Assembly: GCA_031400455.1 (NCBI GenBank)
Contig: JANNPX010000029.1
Span: forward strand, 464 to 64,463
Direction: 5' to 3'
Length of the DNA: 64,000 nt
From: Chloroflexota bacterium
GTDB lineage: Bacteria > Chloroflexota > Dehalococcoidia > DSTF01 > JACRBR01
In this document: positions 41,741 to 50,770 of the stretch, in pieces
Position numbering within the stretch: position 1 is the stretch's first letter
Layout: the number at the start of each line of letters is the position of its first letter
Program-made: the position numbers and the translations under genes
Notes under the pieces: model-generated
What the model was told of the DNA's origin: nothing
Seen by the model: the letters and a program-made list of their open reading frames with translations, nothing else
Database searches by the model: none

Positions 41741-42025
41741 ATGCCAGCGATGTCCGAGGCGGACGTAGAGGCGCGTCTCGACGAGCTGGAAGGCTGGGAG
41801 CGGGACGACGACGAGATTGAGAAGGAATTCCGGTTCGACGGTTTCGACGCGTCCATGGCGTTCGCGAACCGCGTGGCCGATCTGGCACGAGCGGCCGACC
41901 ACCACCCGGATATCAGCATCAAGTACAACCGCGTCAAGCTCACCCTCTCGACGCACAGCGAAGGCGGCATAACGGAGAAGGACTTCGCGCTTGCCGTGGA
42001 GATCGAAGGCGTCGCGCAAGCCTGA
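41741..42025 (+). CDS. Pterin-4a-carbinolamine dehydratase (PCD/DCoH)
   Basis: 94 aa: ...WERDDDEIEKEFRFDGFDASMAFANRVADLARAADHHPDISIKYNRVKLTLSTH... is characteristic of PCD. Confidence 0.8.
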   Translation: MPAMSEADVEARLDELEGWERDDDEIEKEFRFDGFDASMAFANRVADLARAADHHPDISIKYNRVKLTLSTHSEGGITEKDFALAVEIEGVAQA

Positions 42026-42054
42026 CGCTGCGCACGCCGTACCCCTGAGGTGAT

Positions 42055-42867
42055 GTGGACAACGAGACCCCGGAGAAATCGGACGCCGTGGGCGCGTGGG
42101 TGAAGCGTAACGTCAACTGGCTGGCGCTCGCCTTCGGCCTGACGTTCTTCGTCGTGCCGCATGTCTCCCCGTTCGAGGGCTTGAATTACTACCTCAGTTC
42201 GCCGCAGCGCCTCAGCCGCTGGATGCTCGGCAAGCTCGAGAACCTCTTCGCGGACTACGGCTACTACGTCGTTTTTCTCGGCGTGTTCCTCGAGAACGCG
42301 ATGTTCCTCGGGTTCCTCGTCCCAGGATCTGTGATTCTGATCCTTGCTGGACTCTCGGCGGAGAACGGCTCCATCAACCTCTGGTTCGTGTTCGGGCTCG
42401 CCATCGCTGCCACGATCCTGGGCGACACGATCAGCTACGTGATCGGCCGCATGGGGTGGGCGAGGGCGTTGGAGAAGGGCGCGGGCGGCGAGGTTATGGC
42501 TCGCCTGCGCAGCGCGATGGAGACAAATTACGTCTGGATCATTCTCGGATACCACTGGGCGGGGTATTCGCGCGCGGTGGGTCCGGCGGCGGCCGGACTG
42601 TTCGGGATCCCGTTCCGACGCTGGGCGCCGCTGGACTATCTGGGAGGCACGCTCTGGGCGATCGGGTTCACGATGCTCGGAGTGCTGCTGGGGCTCATGG
42701 GTGTGGAGTTCAGCGACACGAAGACGCTCGTGAGGTTGTTTGAGTTCCTGTTCCTGGGACTGTTCGTGGTGGCAATATTGGTCGCGTGGTACCGGACGTC
42801 GAAGAGCGAGCCCGGCATCGGCGTGCGGCAGCCGGCCACCGTCGTGATTCCGGTTGACGACGACTAG
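42055..42867 (+). CDS. DedA/SNARE-associated (TVP38) family membrane protein
   Basis: ...YYVVFLGVFLENAMFLGFLVPGSVILILAG... DedA signature. GTG start after a GAGG SD. Confidence 0.75.
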   Translation: MDNETPEKSDAVGAWVKRNVNWLALAFGLTFFVVPHVSPFEGLNYYLSSPQRLSRWMLGKLENLFADYGYYVVFLGVFLENAMFLGFLVPGSVILILAGLSAENGSINLWFVFGLAIAATILGDTISYVIGRMGWARALEKGAGGEVMARLRSAMETNYVWIILGYHWAGYSRAVGPAAAGLFGIPFRRWAPLDYLGGTLWAIGFTMLGVLLGLMGVEFSDTKTLVRLFEFLFLGLFVVAILVAWYRTSKSEPGIGVRQPATVVIPVDDD

Positions 42868-43462
42868 CAGCCACTCGCACCGCACGTTGACGCCGGAGGA
42901 CGATCGGAGACAACACCGTGATAGGCTGTACGCCGTGAGCGTGCTTCCAGACTATCTGCGTCCCGGACTCGATCTCGTGATCGTCGGCATCAATCCCGGC
43001 ACGAAGTCGGCCGCTGCTCGCCATCACTATGCCGGTCCCGGTAACCACTTCTGGCCACTTCTGCACGAATCCGGTCTCGTCACCGAGCCGCTGAGCTTCG
43101 GAGAGGATGCGCGCGTGCTGGAGTGGGGCATCGGCCTGACCAACATGGTGTCGCGCGCCTCGCCGTCGATCACCGATCTGTCGCTCGACGAGATGCGCGC
43201 CGGTTCCCACGTACTGCGGCGCAAGCTGCTGCGATACGCGCCGAGAATCGTCTGCTTCAACGGCAAGCGCATCTATGAAGTGTTCGCCGGGCACGCCTGC
43301 GATCTCGGACTGCAGGCGGAACGCATCGGCGCAGCGCAGGTGTACGTCATGCCATCGACGAGCGCGCGTGCGGCGGCTTACCAGCGCGCCGACAAGCTGA
43401 AGTTCTTCGTGGAGTTGCGGGAGCTCGTGCGGTCGCTCGAGCGTCAGCCGGTGGCATCGTGA
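42854..43462 (+). CDS. mug: G/U mismatch-specific DNA glycosylase (UDG family 2, Mug/TDG)
   Basis: ...IVGINPGTKSAAARHHYAGPGNHFW... motif. Start uncertain. The annotated start overlaps the DedA end by 14 nt. Confidence 0.7.
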   Translation: MTTTSSHSHRTLTPEDDRRQHRDRLYAVSVLPDYLRPGLDLVIVGINPGTKSAAARHHYAGPGNHFWPLLHESGLVTEPLSFGEDARVLEWGIGLTNMVSRASPSITDLSLDEMRAGSHVLRRKLLRYAPRIVCFNGKRIYEVFAGHACDLGLQAERIGAAQVYVMPSTSARAAAYQRADKLKFFVELRELVRSLERQPVAS

Positions 43463-44052
43463 GCCAGATGCCGGCGGAGCAACCGGCGCAGCAATCCGAG
43501 ATTCCGGTCTTTTCGCCGCGCCTCGACGAGTTGATGGCGGCGATGATCAAGGGCACCGCGCCGAACGTCGGGCGGTTCTGCGGGCACTGCTATACGCCGC
43601 TGGGCAAGAAGCGCGAAGAGTGCCGGCACTGCGGCACCTCGACGAGCGACTACGCGCCGGTCGAGAAGCTGCCGATGGAGTTCGGCGCGCTGTACCGCCG
43701 CATGCGGAAGCGCGAGAGCCTGATCGTCAACTCGTTCGCGTTCGCAGGGCTTGGGCTGGGCGTCGTGCTGTTCACGGCGCTGGTCGCCGTCGCGGTCTAC
43801 CGTTTCGACCAGTCGTTGTGGTGGCTGGCGTTTGCGACGCTGGTGCTGATGGTCGGCGGGCGTGTGTTCGCCGGGTTGCTGGGCGGCTGGATCGGCGACA
43901 ACGTCGGTTACACCTACGCCCGCAAGAAGCTGATCGTTGAATGGCACGAGTACGAGCGCCAGCGCGACGTCGAGCAGGGGCGCCGACCCGCGCCGCCAGA
44001 TGCCGGAAGCCCCGAGCAGGCAAGCGCGTCGGCCGCCTCGGGCGCGGGGTAG
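43459..44052 (+). CDS. Zinc-ribbon (CGHC...CRHC) membrane protein, hypothetical
   Basis: 197 aa with one Cys4 ribbon and two TM helices. GTGA overlap with the mug stop. Confidence 0.5.
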   Translation: MSQMPAEQPAQQSEIPVFSPRLDELMAAMIKGTAPNVGRFCGHCYTPLGKKREECRHCGTSTSDYAPVEKLPMEFGALYRRMRKRESLIVNSFAFAGLGLGVVLFTALVAVAVYRFDQSLWWLAFATLVLMVGGRVFAGLLGGWIGDNVGYTYARKKLIVEWHEYERQRDVEQGRRPAPPDAGSPEQASASAASGAG

Positions 44053-44063
44053 CGCGGCGCCAC

Positions 44064-44969
44064 ATGCACTACATCGAGATCACGGCCGCCGTCCCAACGG
44101 CAGACGCAGAGCGCGCGTCGGAGGTGCTTCGCGCTCACACGGGGCTCGACGTATCGATCGAGATCCCCTTCACGCAGGCAGATCTTGAGTCGGACGCCGT
44201 GCTGAGCACGGGCGGCACGGCGCTGCTGCACGCGTATGTTGCCGCGGATGATGCGGGGCGCGCGCTGGCCCCATCGACAGGCGCGGCTTTCGCGCGTGCG
44301 GGGCTGCAGGCGGAGATCGCCCAGCGCGACGTTGCGGAGGAGGACTGGGCGGAGTCATGGAAGGAGCACTTCCATGTCGAGCGGTTTGGTGCACGCATCG
44401 TCGTGGTGCCGTCGTGGCGCACGTACGAGCCGCAGCCCCGCGATGTGATCCTCACGCTCGATCCGGGGATGGCGTTCGGGACGGGCCAACACGAGACCAC
44501 GCGCATGTGCCTTGAGGCGCTCGAGGCGGCGATGCTTCCTGACGTGCGGGTGCTGGATGTCGGCTGCGGTTCGGGCATCCTGGGCATCGCGGCTCTGAAG
44601 CTGGGCGCGCGCGAGGTGTACGCCGTGGATGTCGATCCGAACTGCGTGCGCGTGACGGAGGAGAACGCCGCAATGAACGGCGTTGGGGACTTGCTGCATG
44701 TGGGGGTCGGGAGCATGGGCTCATCGTGGCCGTTCGACGCACCTGCGGAGGGGTTCGATGTGGTGGTCGCGAACATCATCGCGCGCATCATCATCGAGAT
44801 GGCAGACGCGCTCGTCGCGGCTCTGGCGCCGGCCGGGCGACTGATCGCGTCGGGCATCATCGGCGAACGCGAGATCGAAGTGGGTGAAGCGCTCGCTGCC
44901 GCTGGTGCTCGCGTCGAGTCGGTGCGTGTGATGGGCGACTGGCGCTGTATCGAGGCAGTGCGCGCATGA
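44064..44969 (+). CDS. prmA: Ribosomal protein L11 methyltransferase
   Basis: ...ILTLDPGMAFGTGQHETTRMCLEALE...VLDVGCGSGILGIAA... PrmA signature. Confidence 0.85.
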   Translation: MHYIEITAAVPTADAERASEVLRAHTGLDVSIEIPFTQADLESDAVLSTGGTALLHAYVAADDAGRALAPSTGAAFARAGLQAEIAQRDVAEEDWAESWKEHFHVERFGARIVVVPSWRTYEPQPRDVILTLDPGMAFGTGQHETTRMCLEALEAAMLPDVRVLDVGCGSGILGIAALKLGAREVYAVDVDPNCVRVTEENAAMNGVGDLLHVGVGSMGSSWPFDAPAEGFDVVVANIIARIIIEMADALVAALAPAGRLIASGIIGEREIEVGEALAAAGARVESVRVMGDWRCIEAVRA

Positions 44970-45715
44970 CGCGCCGCTTCTACATCGACGCACCGACGCT
45001 GGACGCCGCATCGATCGAGATCGACGGTGCACTGGCGCACCGCATGGCGACGGTGCTGCGAATGCGCGCTGGCGATGAGGTGATCCTGTTCGACGGCAGC
45101 GGCGAGGACGTGCGGGTGCGGCTCGACGACGTGCGCGATCGGCGTGTGGTGGCCGTTGAGGTCGCGCGCGGGCCAGGGCCGCGTGAGCCGCGGCTCAAGG
45201 CGCACCTCTATCAGTCGATCACGAAAGGCGATCGCTTTGAGTGGCTGCTGGAGAAGGCGACCGAATTGGGCGTCAGCGGGATCACGCCACTGGTTGCCGC
45301 TCGGGCTGTCGTCAAGACTGCGGGAGAAGGCAACCGCGCCGAGCGGTGGCGCCGTATCGTCGTCGAGGCGGCCGAGCAGTGTGAGCGCAGCAGCGTGCCG
45401 CAGATCGGCGTACCGCAGTCATTTGATGCGGCGCTTGAGTCGGCGGGCGGCGTGCTGGTGCTGCCGTATGAAGATGCGGGTGACGCCGCGCCGAACATTA
45501 ACGACATCCTGAACCGGCGCGTCGATGATGTGTTCGCCCTGGCGGAAGTCAGCGTATTGATCGGGCCGGAGGGCGGCTTCGAGCCCGGAGAGGTCGAGCG
45601 CGCCCGGGCGGCGGGCGCGGAGATCGTCACGCTGGGCGATCGCGTGCTGCGCTCCGAGACGGCGGGACTCGTTGCCGCGACGCTCATCATGCAGTCGGTG
45701 GGCGAGCTGGGCTAG
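44966..45715 (+). CDS. rsmE: 16S rRNA (uracil1498-N3)-methyltransferase
   Basis: MTRRFYIDAP..., ...LYQSITKGDRFEWLLEKATELGV..., ...LIGPEGGF.... ATGA overlap with prmA. Confidence 0.85.
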   Translation: MTRRFYIDAPTLDAASIEIDGALAHRMATVLRMRAGDEVILFDGSGEDVRVRLDDVRDRRVVAVEVARGPGPREPRLKAHLYQSITKGDRFEWLLEKATELGVSGITPLVAARAVVKTAGEGNRAERWRRIVVEAAEQCERSSVPQIGVPQSFDAALESAGGVLVLPYEDAGDAAPNINDILNRRVDDVFALAEVSVLIGPEGGFEPGEVERARAAGAEIVTLGDRVLRSETAGLVAATLIMQSVGELG

Positions 45716-45787
45716 CCTCAGCGCGTCGACCGGTTGCGCTACCCGCGCCCGGCGTTGTCACGGGATGACTCTAGTTCCGCGGACGGT

Positions 45788-46432
45788 TCATGCAGCTTTG
45801 GCGGTTGCGGGTACGGCCGCGAGTTTCGGTGTGCGCTTCGCCACTGAGCGGGACGCGAGGATGCGGAAGAACGTGAGAAAGAGCACGGCTGCGGCGGAGG
45901 CGAGATAGGAGTACTGAACGTACGCCTTCTTCGTGTCCGTGCCGGCCCAGGCGCCGTGGGCCAGCGCCATAACGAAGATCGCGAAGGTGGCGTAATGGAT
46001 GAGGCGCCACATGTTCTGGCCGATCATGCCTTTCACGTAAAACGACACGGTAATGAAGATGGATGCGTAGAACGTCACGATGCCGAGCGCAACGGCATTG
46101 GTGCGGTAGTTTGACTCGAATGGCACGAGCATCTGCTTGAAGGTGAACTTGGCGTAGGGGTCGGGGATCATGATGAGGGCGTGGAAGACCATCGCGAGCA
46201 GGACGAAGATCGAGAGGAACTTGTGAACGTCGAAGACCCACGGCCGCGCCAGCATGCCGTCGAAGACACGGGAGCTGACTGCCAGGCCCATGGCCACGGA
46301 CGCGAAGAGTAGCCAGAAGGCCGTGAAGCCAGACGAGCGTCCCAGATACCACCACACGTGGACCCACGGTCCGCTCGCGGCGGCCGGCGTGAGCGCCTGC
46401 AGCGCGGGAGGGATCACAGCGTCAGGGAACAT
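45788..46432 (-). CDS. Ferric-reductase/MsrQ-like di-heme transmembrane protein
   Basis: Five or six TM helices with two His pairs in alternate helices (vHkflsifvllamvfH, HX13H; iHyatfaifvmalaH, HX12H), as in bis-heme b ferric-reductase domain proteins. Confidence 0.6.
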   Translation of the reverse strand: MFPDAVIPPALQALTPAAASGPWVHVWWYLGRSSGFTAFWLLFASVAMGLAVSSRVFDGMLARPWVFDVHKFLSIFVLLAMVFHALIMIPDPYAKFTFKQMLVPFESNYRTNAVALGIVTFYASIFITVSFYVKGMIGQNMWRLIHYATFAIFVMALAHGAWAGTDTKKAYVQYSYLASAAAVLFLTFFRILASRSVAKRTPKLAAVPATAKAA

Positions 46433-46510
46433 GAGCGCGGGCTACTCCTTGCATCGTTCCGGGCCGCACGAGCGGCCCGGAGGGTCGATTCAGACAGTGA
46501 AAGTGTCGGT

Positions 46511-47122
46511 CTACGAGCCGGTCGACGGGATAGGCGTCGGCTGTGGAACCGGCGTCGGCCGCGGCGGTGGCGGCGCCGGTGGCGGCGCGGCTGGTGGTGG
46601 CGGCGCGGCCGTTGGCGGCGGCGCGGGATCGGCGGGCTTCGGCGGAGGGGCTGACGCGGGAGGTGGTGGCAGCTCAGGCGCCCCGGGCGCGGGCTGGGAT
46701 GGCGCTCGTGGTGCCGGATCTGATGCGCCCGGCTTCGATGACTTGGAGGGTGACGGCTGCTGCGTGGTGGTCCCTGGCGCGGACGCCGCAGGCGCGGAGT
46801 CGGCGACGACGGCGTCATCAGTGGCAGCCAGCGCCTGGGTGTCCGTGTTGACGTACTTCGTGACGACAACGACCTGCCGAATGATGGTTTGCTGCGGCGG
46901 TTCGGGCGTCGGCGGAGCCGTCGTCGGCGCGGGCGGTGGTGCCGAGACGGCCGCGAGGAATTGCAGAGCCGCCGCGTAGTCGTCCTGCTGCTTCTTCGCG
47001 GACGCCGCCCGGGAGGCGCTGATGTCCGGCCACGCGAACGCGCTCCAGATCAGCGCCGTCAGGACAACGCTGCACGCGACCGTCAGGAGTTTGGTCTTCC
47101 AGAACTTCGTCATCAGTTGCAT
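46511..47122 (-). CDS. Membrane-anchored Pro-rich extracytoplasmic protein (paralog of the next gene)
   Basis: N-terminal TM, then ...AAALQFLAAV...VVVVTKYV..., then a long PAPxPP low-complexity tail. AGGAGC SD. Confidence 0.55.
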   Translation of the reverse strand: MQLMTKFWKTKLLTVACSVVLTALIWSAFAWPDISASRAASAKKQQDDYAAALQFLAAVSAPPPAPTTAPPTPEPPQQTIIRQVVVVTKYVNTDTQALAATDDAVVADSAPAASAPGTTTQQPSPSKSSKPGASDPAPRAPSQPAPGAPELPPPPASAPPPKPADPAPPPTAAPPPPAAPPPAPPPPRPTPVPQPTPIPSTGS

Positions 47123-47131
47123 CGAGCGCTC

Positions 47132-47902
47132 CTAGTTGTCCAACTCGATCTCGGTCACCGTGCAGCCGCCGGACTGCGTCGTGTGGACATGCGCACGCAC
47201 ACCAACATGCAGCGCCGATGCGTGTGCCGTCGAGTCGAGGGCGCGTGTCTGGACGCCGTTCGACCATGTGACAAGCTTTCCGCCACTGATCGGCGCCATC
47301 GCCGTCACAAGCGATTCGAACTCGTCGTTGCAAGCCGCCTGCGCGGGCGGCGCTGTCGGCTGCGGAGCCGGTGGCGCCGACGTTGGCGGTGCGGCGGGCT
47401 GGGTCGCCGAGGGCGCGGGCTTCGGCGTTGATGTCGGCGCGACCGAGCTCGGAGCGGATGTCGGCGCCTTGGGGGGCGGTGCTCCCACCGTAGGCTGCTT
47501 GTCATCGCCTTCATCGACGGGCTCGTTTTCGGAACGAGGCGCCTCCGCCGCGGGGGCCTGGGTAGGTGCGCCCACCGCCTGCGCCGCAGGTCCGGTACGG
47601 CGAGGGGCGCCTGCCACGGGCGTCTCGTACAGGTAGACGTACTCTGTGATCACGCGCGGGCCCGAAGGCTGGGAGCTTGCGCTTGTCCCAGCCTGTGCGG
47701 TCTGGTCCGCCACAGCGGCGAGATAGCGCAGCGCGGCATCGACGTCGCCAGGGGGCGGTTGTCCGGCAGCCTGCGCCCTTTGCGTGGTCGCAGACTTCTT
47801 CGCGTCGCTGAAGAAGCCGGCGTTGACGCCGAGCGCGACGAGCGAGAACGTCACAATCGTGGTGAAGGCGAGGGAGAGGGCGAGGGCGACGCGTCGAGGC
47901 AT
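47132..47902 (-). CDS. Membrane-anchored Pro-rich protein with a C-terminal ~70-aa globular domain. Candidate ApbE substrate
   Basis: N-terminal TM, ...DAALRYLAAVADQ...VITEYVYLY..., Pro-rich linker, then ...CNDEFESLVTAMAPISGGKLVTWSNGVQTRALDSTAHASALHVGV...GGCTVTEIELDN. Directly downstream of apbE. Confidence 0.5.
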   Translation of the reverse strand: MPRRVALALSLAFTTIVTFSLVALGVNAGFFSDAKKSATTQRAQAAGQPPPGDVDAALRYLAAVADQTAQAGTSASSQPSGPRVITEYVYLYETPVAGAPRRTGPAAQAVGAPTQAPAAEAPRSENEPVDEGDDKQPTVGAPPPKAPTSAPSSVAPTSTPKPAPSATQPAAPPTSAPPAPQPTAPPAQAACNDEFESLVTAMAPISGGKLVTWSNGVQTRALDSTAHASALHVGVRAHVHTTQSGGCTVTEIELDN

Positions 47903-47910
47903 GGTGGTGC

Positions 47911-48867
47911 TCACTTTCCCGCCGGGAGTCCGGGCCAATCCGCGCTCTGCGCGCAGCTGCCGTCGTCCCGCACGATGAATCCCGGTGTACGTTGCGCGTC
48001 GAGGAAGGCGAGCCCTTCGTCCACGCCGAGGATGAGGGCGGTCTTGGCGAACACGTCCGCTTCGACGGTGGTAGGTGCGACGACGGATACGGCGCGAACG
48101 CCTGAGTCCGCGGGCCGTCGCGTCCGCGGGTCGATGATGTGGTGCAGCCGCACGCCCGCGCGTCGCCAGTTGCGGGTCGCCGTTGTCGATGTGGCGAGCG
48201 CCTGGTTGCGGAGGCGGAGGATGCCCAGCGGCGCATCGCCCGGGGCTGGCGCGACGCTCACGAGCCATCCGTCACCGTTCGGCCCACTGCCCGATGCGCG
48301 CATGTCCCCGCCCGCAGAGACAAGAACATCGCGCGCCTCACGCAGGTGCGTCATGGCGCAATCCACCGCATAGCCTTTCCCTATCCCACCGAAGTCGATG
48401 GTGAGGCCGGCGGGTGCGCTAACGTGCGCGCCGTCGATGGTGATGTCCGCGATCGATGCTCGCGCGTGCGTGCACACGTCCGCGGGCGATGCGTCATCAC
48501 GAGACATTTCTTCGAACGAGCGGTCGTAGCCGGCAGCAACAAGATCGTCGAGGATTGCAGACTCGAAGACGCCGCGCGTCCGGTGATGCATCTCGATTGA
48601 CCGGCGCAAGAGATCGACGAACGCGGGCGAGGCTTCGAAGCTGGTGTTGGGCCGCGCGTTGAAGCAGGAGAGTTCGCTCGTCGGCGCGAATCGGGTGAAT
48701 CGCGATTCGACTTCGTGGAACATCTGCTCGGCATCGGCGAGAAGCGGAGCGACGTCCGCGCGCATCGCGTAGAGATCGATGTGCGTGTTCATCACGCGAA
48801 AGCGGCGGACGATCTGCAGTTCGCCCCACGATGTCGGGATCGGCAGCGTTGCGATGTGGTCTGGCAT
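47911..48867 (-). CDS. apbE: FAD:protein FMN transferase (ApbE family)
   Basis: ...LTIDFGGIGKGYAVD... and ...LHHIIDPRT... ApbE signature motifs. Confidence 0.8.
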   Translation of the reverse strand: MPDHIATLPIPTSWGELQIVRRFRVMNTHIDLYAMRADVAPLLADAEQMFHEVESRFTRFAPTSELSCFNARPNTSFEASPAFVDLLRRSIEMHHRTRGVFESAILDDLVAAGYDRSFEEMSRDDASPADVCTHARASIADITIDGAHVSAPAGLTIDFGGIGKGYAVDCAMTHLREARDVLVSAGGDMRASGSGPNGDGWLVSVAPAPGDAPLGILRLRNQALATSTTATRNWRRAGVRLHHIIDPRTRRPADSGVRAVSVVAPTTVEADVFAKTALILGVDEGLAFLDAQRTPGFIVRDDGSCAQSADWPGLPAGK

Positions 48868-49056
48868 GGCGTAACCCCTCGCCTACCGTTATCTGGTCTT
48901 GACCGTCGCAAGTAACAGGTGGATGCCCTGTTATTTTCGGCCGGGCGCGCTGCGAAAAGGACGCGCGTCAGTGCGAATGCGACGAGATCGAGACCTGACC
49001 ACCCGCTGAAAGTATCGGCGGATGGTCAGGGAACTGTCGGACGCCGGCAGCGCAGC

Positions 49057-49101
49057 ATGTGTGAACAACAAGACAGCACGCCGAGATCTCGGCGTGCTGT
49101 C
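49057..49101 (-). terminator. Intrinsic terminator of the ECF sigma/anti-sigma operon
   Basis: 30-bp perfect palindrome GACAGCACGCCGAGATCTCGGCGTGCTGTC (49072-49101), followed on the minus strand by UUGUUGUUC. Confidence 0.5.
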
Positions 49102-49155
49102 CGAACGCGCGCGCGACCGGGTGGTCGCCAGGTCGCACGGAGCGTCTACGCTGGG

Positions 49156-50214
49156 CTAGTTGTGGTCTTCGGTCGGCTCGGGCTTTTGGGTAGGCTCGGG
49201 CTTCTCGGTGGGTTCTGGCGCTTCCGTTGGCTCAAGCGAATGTGATTCGGTCGACTGCGCGGCCGGCTCGGCATCGTCGCCGGGTGATGGCGTCTTCGTG
49301 CTGTCTTCGTGAGCTCCGCCGTCGTCAGTGGTGGCGGATGGCGATGGCCCGTCGTGATCAGGGCCGTCATCGTCGCTGTTGCCGTCGTCGGACTGAGGCG
49401 TGGCGCCGTCATTGCCGTCGTCCCCCGATTCGTCCGGTTCAGGCGTGCGCGCATTCTCGCCGTCGTGGCCGCGATCGTCGGTGCTCGTCGGGCGCGTGCG
49501 ATCCTCGGTTCCGGGTGTTAGTTCGGGCACGAGGTTTGGATCGAGAGTGGCGGGAGTCGGTGCGACGGCCACGATGCGCGCGGCGCGCAGCGTCCCGCCC
49601 ACGCCACGTGACGCGCGCACCCTGGCGGTCTGGCCGAGCGCGAGATCGGCGACGCCTGCGCGTACCTCGCCGATGCGGATCTCCGTTGTGGTGTCTATGA
49701 CGACGACTTCGTCCGCGCTGGATGTGCGAAGTGTGAGGCTGTCGGCCTCGAGTGCGACTATCGTGCCGCGGATCTCGACAACGTTGTCGGATGAAATCGC
49801 GAGGACGTGGAGGAAGCCCGGTACGGGGACGGGGCTGCGGTCGCCAGCAGCAGATGCGAAGCCGATGCCGCCGAAGAGCAGGACGGCGAGGCCGGCGGCG
49901 GCAGCCTGTAACCGCAGGTGACGGGCGCCGAGCGCGGTCCAGAACCCGGCGAGCATCGACGCGCGCTGCGGCGTCGGAGCGTCGAGCGCGGCGAACATCG
50001 CCTGCGCTGCATTCGCCCGCGACTGCGGCGACGGGGCTGTGCCCGGAAGTGCGAGGACTGGCTGGAGCGCCGAGAGCGGCGCGCGCATGGCGTCCGCGTG
50101 TTGCGGGTACGCGCGGAGGACGCTGTCGAGGGACTCGCCACGAGCGATGCGAGTAGCGGCGGCGTCGACGGCGTCATCCAAGGAGGAGTCGCGAGGGCGC
50201 GGTGAGTCAGCCAT
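49156..50214 (-). CDS. Anti-sigma-factor-like membrane protein with an acidic repetitive C-terminus (PEPTEKPEPTQKPEPTE)
   Basis: Overlaps the ECF sigma stop by 8 nt. One TM (LAVLLFGGIGFASAA), an extracytoplasmic domain, then a D/E/P/T-rich tail. Confidence 0.55.
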   Translation of the reverse strand: MADSPRPRDSSLDDAVDAAATRIARGESLDSVLRAYPQHADAMRAPLSALQPVLALPGTAPSPQSRANAAQAMFAALDAPTPQRASMLAGFWTALGARHLRLQAAAAGLAVLLFGGIGFASAAGDRSPVPVPGFLHVLAISSDNVVEIRGTIVALEADSLTLRTSSADEVVVIDTTTEIRIGEVRAGVADLALGQTARVRASRGVGGTLRAARIVAVAPTPATLDPNLVPELTPGTEDRTRPTSTDDRGHDGENARTPEPDESGDDGNDGATPQSDDGNSDDDGPDHDGPSPSATTDDGGAHEDSTKTPSPGDDAEPAAQSTESHSLEPTEAPEPTEKPEPTQKPEPTEDHN

Positions 50215-50770
50215 CGATGACCCTCCGCAGTGACTGCAGCGCCCGCGTCTGTGTGACTTTCACGGCTCCCTCACTCTTATCCATAACGGCGGCGGTTTCA
50301 GCGACGTTAAGCCCGTGCACGAATCGGAGCAGGATGACGTCGCGGTATTCGTCCTTGAGTTGGCCGAGGGCGTGAGAGACGTCGCGCATGTCATCGCCGG
50401 GTGCGATCGCATCGCGCGCGCTCAGGGTCTGCGCGACGCGCTCATCCGTGAGCGAGTGGGCGGGACGGCTGGCCCGGCGTTTCATATGATCGGCGATTTC
50501 GTTACGCGCGATGCGGAAGAGCCATGCGCTCACAGGCAGTCCTCGATACCGAAACGAGTCGATCCCTTTGACTGCTTCCGTGAAGACCGTCGAGGCGAGA
50601 TCATCGGCGTCGGCACGGTCACCGATCCGAAGAAGTGCGAAGTGAAAGATCCGCTCGTGTTGCTCATCGAACAACTGCTGCCAGGCTGTTTGGTCACGCG
50701 CGGCCAAAGCAGTGGCCAGGTCCTCCTCGTTCTCGTACGGACGAGCGGCCGAGATGGCGGGATCCCCCAT
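50207..50770 (-). CDS. ECF sigma factor
   Basis: ...IFHFALLRIGDRADADDLASTVFTEAVKGIDSF... (region 2), and ...LNVAETAAVMDKSEGAVKVTQTRALQSLRR (region 4). Confidence 0.85.
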   Translation of the reverse strand: MGDPAISAARPYENEEDLATALAARDQTAWQQLFDEQHERIFHFALLRIGDRADADDLASTVFTEAVKGIDSFRYRGLPVSAWLFRIARNEIADHMKRRASRPAHSLTDERVAQTLSARDAIAPGDDMRDVSHALGQLKDEYRDVILLRFVHGLNVAETAAVMDKSEGAVKVTQTRALQSLRRVIDG

